Of a stretch of 30,283 nucleotides of DNA, positions 14,829-23,000 are shown piece by piece (positions within the stretch are counted from its first letter, which is position 1; each line of letters opens with the position of its first letter). The stretch is from a virus (lineage: Duplodnaviria; Caudoviricetes), in IMG/VR virus record IMGVR_UViG_3300009773_000100, positions 1 through 30,283 of that record. One strand, given 5' to 3'. Both the position numbers and the translations under genes were made by a program. The notes beneath the pieces were generated by a model that saw nothing but the letters and a program-made list of their open reading frames with translations, searched no databases and was not told the DNA's origin.

Positions 14829-17521
14829 TGAGTCTTGCAGCGCAACCGTTAGTGAAAGGATTTGCCGGGGAAGACCGCTTGCACGCGGATGACGTGCTTT
14901 CGGACAACGTGTCTCCCGATGCGCAGAACTGCGATTACCAGCGGTACACAATCAAGAAGCGCAAGGGCTTTTCGCGGATGCACGGGACCTCGATTAAAGA
15001 GGGTGGTCAGCACATCTCGAACTCTAACACGAATGCCTGCATCGTGATTCCGCATATTACCGCATATGATTGGGGTCGGGGGTTTACGGTTAGCATGGGC
15101 ATCCGGTTCACGTCGTTACCGGCTGTGGATTGCCCCCTGATAGGCAACATGGATTATGGAACCGCAACGGGATGGGAGTTGCGGTATAGCCCGACGTTCA
15201 GGCAAATATACTTCCGGTTCTACGATACGACCAGTACATTGCGGGATGTGTGGGCAATTGTGTCTATTGAGGCTGGCAAGAAATACATTATCAGCGGACA
15301 GATTTTTTCTGCTGGGGTTCCCCGTTGCGGGGTGGATTATACCATATCATCGAATGGCACGGGTTATACATTAGACCCGAGCAGCAGGGACATTTACATT
15401 GGCGCGGCAATGGGGGCCACGCCAGGGAACCAGACGATTGACTTTATAGTAGATGAAGTGCGGTTTTGGACGGATAATTTCGACTGGACCGCCACGAAAG
15501 ACCGATTGTTTTGGGAACTGAACCAAACGGATCTCATGGACACGGATTTGGTGGGATATTGGCGTCTAAATGAATCCCGCGAATCGGTGTATGACGATCT
15601 GTCGATTAACCGGAACCATGCGTATGCGTATGTAGCTGGCCCTAGCCCCACCACGGGCATGGTCCCGTTACAGGAAGACTACGGTACCAGTATCCGATTC
15701 GACGGGGCGGACGATTATGCCAGTGCGGCATACAATAGCAATTTCTCCACAATACTGAATACGGGCAAGACCTGGACCATCGAAGGATGGTTACGGTTGG
15801 ACAACCCGAACCACGGTGCTGTGGCTACGGTGGTGCATATCGGGGATGGCATGGTCGGGGCATCGGCTGTGGGGTATCCGTTCCGCATCTACATCGCGGG
15901 TGCAGACCATAGCCTCTACTATTCCTACAGCACGGCAACCACAGACACAGACGTTGCGGTTGACAGCGGATACGACGTGACGCCGGGTAGTCCGGTGCAT
16001 GTTGCATTGGTTCGAGACGGGACCACTATTCGGTTATACATTAACGGTGAACATTACCACACCACGACCGGGGTTGCGGATGAAGCGGGACCGTCTACCT
16101 CCGTTACCAGCGACAACGGCATGTACTTCGGCGCGGAATACAACGATACGGGGTATGTGTCTGGCAAGTACGCGCCGGTGACGTTGGACGAGTGGCGATT
16201 GTGGGACGTTGCCCGTAGTGGGGCACAGATCCAGGCATGGCGCGACAGGATTCTAAGTGATACCAAGAATGTGAACCTGAAAGGGTATTGGCGGTTTGAC
16301 GGGTATGATTTCACGAACGATGAAGTGCAGGGCGGTGCGGATATTACGCTGAAAGCGGACAGTACGCGGCCCTATCCGAGCGAAGGGGTGGTGTATCCGC
16401 AGTATCCCCCTCGCCTGTTGATGACGGCTCCCCTGGCGCGGCATTTGAAATATGATGAGGTGAAGACGGGTAAGACGCCGTGGGATCGTGAAATTGTTGT
16501 CTGTACCAAGAGCGGAATATTCAGCATTCAGGGGGATGAAGCGACGTTCCTGAAACGTCTGGATGCGGTAGGGGAATCGGCGTTATTCAGTTGGGTGCAA
16601 TTGGAAGACCGGCTTGTCTTTTGCAACGGTCTGGATGTCAATTACAAGTATGACGGTGCAGAGAAGCCTCAGAGCGTGACCATTGATACGCCGTCAACTT
16701 CGCCGTCTGCTGCGGAAGGGGATGCGGGTAACCCCAACGGCACATACAAGTACAGGGTATCGTTTCGGAACAGCCGTGACGGTACAGAATCGCTTGCGTG
16801 TGATGAAGTGTCGGTCACGGTGTCCAGTAAGAAAATCAACTTGACATCCATCCCGGTGAGTGCGAATGCGCAGGTGAACCAGCGGCGCATATACAGGACA
16901 GTCGCGGGCGGGTCTACGTTCCGCTATCTCGCGGATGTTAACGACAACACTACCACGTCGTATGAAGACAATGTTGCTGACACCTCGATGAACACGAATG
17001 AAGTGTTGAACGAGGACCGTGGACACGTTGACCCGCATCGGTTTGTAGAGGTGTATGCAAGCCGGTTGTGGTTTGGCAATTCGAGTTCGTATCCGAGCGG
17101 GCTTAGGTATTCGGAAGCGAGCGCGTACACGGACTTCCCGGCGATAAACCTGATCTTGGTAGACCGTGGGGGCGGTGACGAGATTACCGGGTTGAAGTCT
17201 GCATATGGCGGGCTGTTGATTTTCAAGGAGCATTCGATCCATTTCCTGACGGGTACGGGCGCGACCACGTTTGATTTGAGGAAGGTGGTAGATGGGTTTG
17301 GTTGCGTGAGCGGGCACACGATTAGCAGCGGGCCGGGGGGTATTTACTACCTGAGCCATGACGGGGTGTATCTGTTGGGTCCGAGCATGGACACACAGTT
17401 AGTAAGCCGTCATCAGCGTCCGTTGTTTGAGAACTTGGTAAAACAGCGTCAGATATACGCGACGGGTATCTATGACCATAGAGCCGGTCGGTATATCCTG
17501 AGTTTTGAGGGGGCCGACTAA
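14828..17521 (+). CDS. tail nozzle/stabilisation protein (P22 gp10/T7 gp12-like), N-terminal part, with two LamG domains and an Ig/FN3-like insert
   Basis: N-terminal GFAG...SPDAQNCD....IKKRKGF. LamG motifs VDEVRFW/LVGYWRLNE and HVALVRDG..IRLYING/LDEWRLWD. Propeller motifs RLWFGN, GDEITGL, LLIFKE.SI and GCVS. Confidence 0.75.
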   Translation: MSLAAQPLVKGFAGEDRLHADDVLSDNVSPDAQNCDYQRYTIKKRKGFSRMHGTSIKEGGQHISNSNTNACIVIPHITAYDWGRGFTVSMGIRFTSLPAVDCPLIGNMDYGTATGWELRYSPTFRQIYFRFYDTTSTLRDVWAIVSIEAGKKYIISGQIFSAGVPRCGVDYTISSNGTGYTLDPSSRDIYIGAAMGATPGNQTIDFIVDEVRFWTDNFDWTATKDRLFWELNQTDLMDTDLVGYWRLNESRESVYDDLSINRNHAYAYVAGPSPTTGMVPLQEDYGTSIRFDGADDYASAAYNSNFSTILNTGKTWTIEGWLRLDNPNHGAVATVVHIGDGMVGASAVGYPFRIYIAGADHSLYYSYSTATTDTDVAVDSGYDVTPGSPVHVALVRDGTTIRLYINGEHYHTTTGVADEAGPSTSVTSDNGMYFGAEYNDTGYVSGKYAPVTLDEWRLWDVARSGAQIQAWRDRILSDTKNVNLKGYWRFDGYDFTNDEVQGGADITLKADSTRPYPSEGVVYPQYPPRLLMTAPLARHLKYDEVKTGKTPWDREIVVCTKSGIFSIQGDEATFLKRLDAVGESALFSWVQLEDRLVFCNGLDVNYKYDGAEKPQSVTIDTPSTSPSAAEGDAGNPNGTYKYRVSFRNSRDGTESLACDEVSVTVSSKKINLTSIPVSANAQVNQRRIYRTVAGGSTFRYLADVNDNTTTSYEDNVADTSMNTNEVLNEDRGHVDPHRFVEVYASRLWFGNSSSYPSGLRYSEASAYTDFPAINLILVDRGGGDEITGLKSAYGGLLIFKEHSIHFLTGTGATTFDLRKVVDGFGCVSGHTISSGPGGIYYLSHDGVYLLGPSMDTQLVSRHQRPLFENLVKQRQIYATGIYDHRAGRYILSFEGAD

Positions 17522-18903
17522 TGGCGGTGACGTGGGGTATACATTTACCGCTTACCGATGGGCTTGGGAACAACCTGGCAAATGTTGGTACGTATGGCCC
17601 ATCGGGGAACGCCTATCATTTCGGTTGTAATTGGGTAGTAGACGGCACGCGGGGACTGTGCCTTGAGTTTGACGGTCTGACATCGTATGCGGTAACGCAT
17701 AGAGTTATCCCCGGCATGGACACTTACACCATTGCCGGGTGGATAAAGATCGCTTCGTTTCCTGAATCTGAATCTACAGTGGCTTGTTTTGCAGCAAAGC
17801 TTGTTCTGTCTGTAGTGAATGACGGGTCTCTGAAATGCACCTACTACACTGACACTTACACCATTCAGACGGTTCTATCTGCGGAAAGTTTGATTGCTAC
17901 AGACACATGGCATCACGTTGCTTTGGTCCGGGACGCTTTATCGGCAACGCTCTACATAGACGGCTCCGTTGTGGGCACTGGCGCATTGGCGCAATCCAAC
18001 TATGCTTATCATCCTGTTTCTATAGTGTTGGGTTCGAATGGCAAGAATACGTATCCCCTCAACGGCTACATGCAGAACTTCCGGTATTCGCCGGATGTGG
18101 CCGAAGCGGCGGATATTGCCGCGCTGTATACCGCAGAGTCTACCACCATCATCCCGCAGACCGCTCTCCAGTCGATTCCCCCCGACCGTAACAACCTGAC
18201 CCTTGTATTCGACGAAAGCACCGGCGCGTGGTCGAAATACGACGTCGGGTTTGACTTCCTGTCGGGTTACCGGAACAGCCAATACGAATATGCCATTCTC
18301 GGGGCGCGGCAAGGGTATGTCCATGAAATAGACGTGGGAGACAACGACGGGGCTTCTGTCAATGAAGGATATGCCACGCTCATCGGGGATGTGGATTCGG
18401 GCGGGACAGATAACATTGTAGACAATAGCGCGGCGTTTCAGACGCTTGGAGATGGTCTAGCTGGGTGTCGGGTATTCGCACGGGCCGATGATGAATCCGA
18501 TTGGCAGGAACGCACCATCATCGGCAATTATGCGACGAAACTCTATGTCGACCGTCCGTTTGTGCCTTCCGTAAATGGCGGATCGTATGTCATTGCCCCG
18601 ATAGACTTCTATTGGGAATCGCGGTGGATGGACTTGGGCGATCCCGCTGTGCGCAAGCGCATCTATTACCTGCAAGCATGGTTGCAGGAGACAGATACAA
18701 CCGAAGACATTACCGTTAAGTACAAGACGGAATACGACGAGGATTGGAACGATACCACCCTGAGCACGGATGACGAGTTTGCCAAGATTCTAACCCCGAC
18801 ACGCGGGCGCAAGGTGAAGCTACGCTTTGAACACATCATGCCGAATGAGCCGGTAGAGATTGAATCGTTCCAGTTCATTCACGCGCCCAAGAGGTTCAAC
18901 TGA
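17521..18903 (+). CDS. LamG domain fused to the C-terminal part of the tail nozzle protein
   Basis: LEFDG..SY, TIAGWIK and WHHVALVRD...TLYIDG (LamG), then NNLTLVFD..TGAWSKY, WESRWMDLGDP..RKRI and RGRKVKLRF. Confidence 0.72.
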   Translation: MAVTWGIHLPLTDGLGNNLANVGTYGPSGNAYHFGCNWVVDGTRGLCLEFDGLTSYAVTHRVIPGMDTYTIAGWIKIASFPESESTVACFAAKLVLSVVNDGSLKCTYYTDTYTIQTVLSAESLIATDTWHHVALVRDALSATLYIDGSVVGTGALAQSNYAYHPVSIVLGSNGKNTYPLNGYMQNFRYSPDVAEAADIAALYTAESTTIIPQTALQSIPPDRNNLTLVFDESTGAWSKYDVGFDFLSGYRNSQYEYAILGARQGYVHEIDVGDNDGASVNEGYATLIGDVDSGGTDNIVDNSAAFQTLGDGLAGCRVFARADDESDWQERTIIGNYATKLYVDRPFVPSVNGGSYVIAPIDFYWESRWMDLGDPAVRKRIYYLQAWLQETDTTEDITVKYKTEYDEDWNDTTLSTDDEFAKILTPTRGRKVKLRFEHIMPNEPVEIESFQFIHAPKRFN

Positions 18904-19199
18904 TGAAGGGTGTAGCGTGGAGACCAGGGCGACCTGACCTTATCCTGCGGGATGTGGTGAACATGCTCCCCGCGTTTGTGGAACTGGCAGGACCGATAGC
19001 GGCGAATGAGGAACAGACAATACAACACGGGATGGGACGCAAGCCCATAGGCGCAACCGTCGTGCGGAGCGACGAAGCGTTGAGCGCGGGTGAGGCGATG
19101 GGGGTTCAGTTTTCTACAGAACCTACAGACATTAACCTATACCTGAAATTCAGTGTGGCGGTGTCGGACGGCAACACCATCACGCTGGCGGTATGGTAG
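18903..19199 (+). CDS. small tail-associated protein
   Basis: TGATG overlap; TIQHGMGRKP (H-x-L/M-G-x-x-P) motif common in small phage tail beta domains. Confidence 0.6.
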   Translation: MKGVAWRPGRPDLILRDVVNMLPAFVELAGPIAANEEQTIQHGMGRKPIGATVVRSDEALSAGEAMGVQFSTEPTDINLYLKFSVAVSDGNTITLAVW

Positions 19200-19207
19200 G
19201 AGCAGAT

Positions 19208-21358
19208 ATGGGCGTTGATTTCGCAGAAATTCTGGCGGGCGTGACGGGTCTTGGCAATGTAGCCGGTCAAGGCATGAACATTCTTCAGACGATAGAGAAT
19301 TGGAACCGCTATAATGAGCGGTCCGCCGACCCGTTGTTTGCGCAGTTGCGGAACCAGTTTATCGGGCAGTATAACGATTCCCCCTATGGCCCGTATGGTG
19401 ACCCGTCTGATTCATTTGGCGGGCTATTCGGTCGGGACACGGCGGGGAATCCGGTCCAGTACGGGGACTGGGCGGCGCGTCAGTACATGGGTATGATGCA
19501 GAACAACCCGGCGACCGCGGCGATGAATGTGCTGAATCAGGGTGCGCAGATGCAGTCCCCTGGAATGATGAGCCTGTCGGACTTGCTCAGCGGCAATCCT
19601 GGCGCGGCTCAGTCTGCACAGACGGCGTATGTGTCTCCCACGACGGCGTTACCGCAGAATCTCTTGAACCCGTTGCCTGATAGACAGGTGGTGCGGGCAC
19701 CGTCACAGCCCAATCCTCAACTGAACATGGCGGAACCCCGCGACGCAACGGGGATATGGGATACGCTGAGACGATTCATAGGTGGTAGTGCAGTGGACGG
19801 CGGGCAGACCTCGACACCAGCAACGCCAGCTGCGCCGTCGGCCCCTGCTCCTGCACGGCCCACGTGGCCCCCGGCGTGGCCCCCGGCAACGCCAGCTGCG
19901 CCGTCGGCCCCTGCTCCTGCACGGCCCACGTGGCCCCCGGCGTGGCCCCCGGCAACTCCGGCTGCGCCGTCTACCCCTGCTCCTGCAGGGCCCACGTGGC
20001 GCCCGACAACTGGAATACCCACGGCGCGGACAAAAGAAGCCAGTCCGTTTTCGGAGATTTTGGGTAGCTATGCAACGGGGACATCGTATGTGCCTAAGAC
20101 TGGGACGTATGAACTGCACCAAGGGGAGGCGGTAGTACCGAAGGCGCAGAACCCGGTAGCGCAGACACAGCCGCAAGGGACAAGGATGTCTCAGTTCGAG
20201 ATGGGTACGCCTAACCAGCCGTACCAGCAGCCGAGACCCTTGGGCGCGGCTACGGCCTCGAATGCGAATTTGCCGCAGTTGAAAAGCGCACGGTCGCAAT
20301 CTCAGGGCGGATTGTCAATGGAAGAACTCATGGCGCGGCGCGACAGCGCAAGCAGTCCAGATTTTAAGGCGATTTGGCAGCGAGCGATAGATGATCCGGA
20401 ATATAGGGCGTCGCTAGATGCGCCCAGATACGCAATGGGCGCGTCGAACGCACAACCCCCGCAATACCCATCCCCACAAACCACACAGCAACCCGCTGTG
20501 CAGAAAGCGCAGAACCCGGCGGCGCAGGTGGCAACCCCTGACCTGAACACTGCGCGTATGCAGAACATGGGTGCGTTGATGGCCCCTCAGAACTTGGCAT
20601 ATCTTCAGGGGGCCAATGCGAACCTGAATCACATCATGCGCAACCCCGAATCGATGGGGGCGGGTGTACAGGCTCAGATATTCAACGCGGCGGCGGATTC
20701 GCGTGACAGGATGCTTGCGGACCAGCAGAGGCAGATTAAGGAAGGTCTCGCGGGTACGGGCATGAGCAACAGCGGTCTGCAACAGAGTCTATTAAATCAG
20801 GCGCGTTCTTCGCGCAATACCGACCTGACAGATGCGATGCGCCAGATTTACACGCAAGCAGCTACGCAGAATTTTCAGGACCGTTTGAACGTCGCGGGTT
20901 TGGGTCAGAATCAGCAGGGGCTACAACTGAACGCGGCGAACAGCGCATACCAGCAGCAGCAGGGTCTTGCAAATACCGCGTTGCAGCAGCAGGCGTTACA
21001 GAATGAGATATTCCAGTCTGACCGTAACTACAATTCACAGCTTGCAAGCATGCTTGCGAGTTTAGGCCAACAGGGCATGACAAACCAGATTGGTTTGATT
21101 GGCGAGCTTGGCGGTCTGATTGGTCAGGGGTTGGGGTATCAGAACAGCGCATTGAGTCAGATACTTCAGCAAGCGTATCAGAGTTACGCTGGCCCGGACT
21201 ACGCGCCATTTGGGTATGCGCCGAATGAATTTGCATCTTCGCTAATGCAGCAGAGTGGCGGTGGGGGTGGCAGCAATGCAGACCTTTGGGGTGCGCTTGC
21301 GGGCAGTGCGGGGCAGTTCCTTGGAGCAGGAGAAAAACCGTGGATATTTGGAAGCTAA
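19208..21358 (+). CDS. putative internal virion/DNA-ejection protein 1 (Q/A/G/P-rich; start re-assigned to ATG 19208)
   Basis: AGGAG at 19198-19202. LAGTGMSNSG motif, Q-rich coiled coils, Gly-rich C-terminus; located after the nozzle genes. Confidence 0.65.
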   Translation: MGVDFAEILAGVTGLGNVAGQGMNILQTIENWNRYNERSADPLFAQLRNQFIGQYNDSPYGPYGDPSDSFGGLFGRDTAGNPVQYGDWAARQYMGMMQNNPATAAMNVLNQGAQMQSPGMMSLSDLLSGNPGAAQSAQTAYVSPTTALPQNLLNPLPDRQVVRAPSQPNPQLNMAEPRDATGIWDTLRRFIGGSAVDGGQTSTPATPAAPSAPAPARPTWPPAWPPATPAAPSAPAPARPTWPPAWPPATPAAPSTPAPAGPTWRPTTGIPTARTKEASPFSEILGSYATGTSYVPKTGTYELHQGEAVVPKAQNPVAQTQPQGTRMSQFEMGTPNQPYQQPRPLGAATASNANLPQLKSARSQSQGGLSMEELMARRDSASSPDFKAIWQRAIDDPEYRASLDAPRYAMGASNAQPPQYPSPQTTQQPAVQKAQNPAAQVATPDLNTARMQNMGALMAPQNLAYLQGANANLNHIMRNPESMGAGVQAQIFNAAADSRDRMLADQQRQIKEGLAGTGMSNSGLQQSLLNQARSSRNTDLTDAMRQIYTQAATQNFQDRLNVAGLGQNQQGLQLNAANSAYQQQQGLANTALQQQALQNEIFQSDRNYNSQLASMLASLGQQGMTNQIGLIGELGGLIGQGLGYQNSALSQILQQAYQSYAGPDYAPFGYAPNEFASSLMQQSGGGGGSNADLWGALAGSAGQFLGAGEKPWIFGS
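19820..20000 (+). repeat. about 2.7 x 66-bp in-frame tandem repeat (ATPAAPSAPAPARPTWPPAWPP)
   Basis: Units start at 19820, 19886 and 19952. The first two are identical; the third is diverged and partial. Confidence 0.95.
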
Positions 21359-21552
21359 TCGGACCTCAAGCCCTCAACATGGGGCCGCAGCAATCTCCCT
21401 TGTATCAGATTCTGAAACGGTTGCAGGAAGATGATACGTATCGTCAGAAGATGCTAAGCAAACTTGGCAGTGTGGGTGGTGGTTATGTTGCCGGTCCAAT
21501 CGGTTCTGCGGCAGGTGGTTTCCTTGGCGGGGAGATAGGCAAAAAAATATGA
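21340..21552 (+). CDS. small glycine-zipper protein, putative ejection/pilot protein (70 aa; start re-assigned to GTG 21340)
   Basis: AGGAG at 21328-21332; GSVGGGYVAGPIGSAAGGFLGGEIG; ATGA overlap with the next gene. Confidence 0.6.
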   Translation: MDIWKLIGPQALNMGPQQSPLYQILKRLQEDDTYRQKMLSKLGSVGGGYVAGPIGSAAGGFLGGEIGKKI

Positions 21553-23000
21553 GCGACACAGCACTAGCAATCGCGGCGGGTCTGTTGAGCGGTCTGAATC
21601 GCGGCATGGAACAGCGGCGTCAGCGCAAGCGCGAAGAAAAACAGGACGAACGGGCTGATAAGGCATTACAGATACAGCGGGACTATTACCTTCTTGCTAA
21701 GGAGCGCAGTGACCGTGAGATTGCCGCATTAGACCGCGAGATAGCCGCCGCAAAGAAGTACGGGTACGGCTCCGTTGAAGAACTCGAAACCGAACGTAAG
21801 TTCCTGATGGCTGAGAATGAGCGCATCCGTCAGGATGCGATGCTCTTTGAGAAGGAGCACCGCGACGAGCTTCTGGCCCTCGAAAAGACCGAACGTCAGA
21901 CCCGCATTGCGGCGTCTCAGGAGTCTATCCTGAGCAGCAGGGAATCCCGTGCAAACGCTTCAGAGGAACGCCAGTACCGTCGTCGCGTGATGAAGCAGAG
22001 TGAGTCTGCACAGGATTTTGATACCATTGCCAAGCAGCTTTCCGACATACTTAGGACGCATCCTGTATCGGCGGAAGTAGAGGGACAGATCCGTGATGCG
22101 CTTGCGTCGGGTGACCCGGCTCAGGCTCAGGCGGCGTTGCAGGGTTTCACTCGCAAGGCTCCGGGTGACTTGTTCTCCCCGCTTCAGGCATCCCATATGG
22201 CAAGTGAGAAGGAACGGCGCGAGGGAGTGGAGTCTGGCCAGCGCCAGTCAGCTATACAGCACCTTGGCACGATGGAACGCATGTTCTCTAGTGCGGTTGA
22301 TGATGCCGTAGCAAACCAAGCTGATCCCGAAGATATAGAGGATTTAAGGCAGCAGTTGACGGTCATTCGTGCCGCATTGGCAGACCCGCAACTGAGTGAT
22401 CCGATGGCGCAAAGAATATTGGATAACATTGAGGCACGCAACAAGACGAGTGAAGTTCCGGGTGTAGAGCAAGAGACAAAAACACCGGGGTCATTTTTCA
22501 TGAGACCGCTTGACGAGCAGATTAGGAAAACTGCTTTAGACATGCGCAATGCTCCCGGTCTTGCTAGCGGGTTGGGTTATGCCGCAAAACAGGGTATAGC
22601 CGTTAGCCCGATTCCACTGAGTTTGAAGAGCGGGCAAAAGACCTACGACTTTCTGAATGATAAATACAAGGACTTCATGGGTGATCCGACTGGGTATCCT
22701 CGAATGTCCATTGATAGATTTGAACGTACTGTATTGCCTGACAACATCAAAGGTGGGATGGATTCTGTTAGAAGCAAGTATTTAGGAATCAATCCAGTTC
22801 AACAGCCCCAGGGTGGATTAGGCCCGGTTGCGGGCGCGGCAAATGCGGCGGCGTTAGCGAGGCCCCCGATGCCTCGACCTGCGGCTCCACCCCCTGCATG
22901 GGGCGGGCCGTTAGCTAATCCGGGTATGGATCAGAATCCTGAGTTGCGTCGTATTCTGGAGATTCTTGGGGGCTATCAAATTCCTGGAGCACTGTACTAA
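21549..23000 (+). CDS. putative internal virion/ejection protein 2
   Basis: N-terminal AIAAGLLSGLNRG followed by a long charged coiled coil; Pro-rich tail; position in the operon. Confidence 0.65.
   Translation: MSDTALAIAAGLLSGLNRGMEQRRQRKREEKQDERADKALQIQRDYYLLAKERSDREIAALDREIAAAKKYGYGSVEELETERKFLMAENERIRQDAMLFEKEHRDELLALEKTERQTRIAASQESILSSRESRANASEERQYRRRVMKQSESAQDFDTIAKQLSDILRTHPVSAEVEGQIRDALASGDPAQAQAALQGFTRKAPGDLFSPLQASHMASEKERREGVESGQRQSAIQHLGTMERMFSSAVDDAVANQADPEDIEDLRQQLTVIRAALADPQLSDPMAQRILDNIEARNKTSEVPGVEQETKTPGSFFMRPLDEQIRKTALDMRNAPGLASGLGYAAKQGIAVSPIPLSLKSGQKTYDFLNDKYKDFMGDPTGYPRMSIDRFERTVLPDNIKGGMDSVRSKYLGINPVQQPQGGLGPVAGAANAAALARPPMPRPAAPPPAWGGPLANPGMDQNPELRRILEILGGYQIPGALY

Noticed and set aside
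11612-18903. Diversity-generating retroelement or invertible tail-fibre cassette
   Set aside because: No reverse transcriptase or invertase, and I saw no template/variable repeat pair or flanking inverted repeats by eye.
19820-20000. Tandem repeats as a possible CRISPR array
   Set aside because: No unique spacers; unit lengths are multiples of three within a coding frame; no cas genes.
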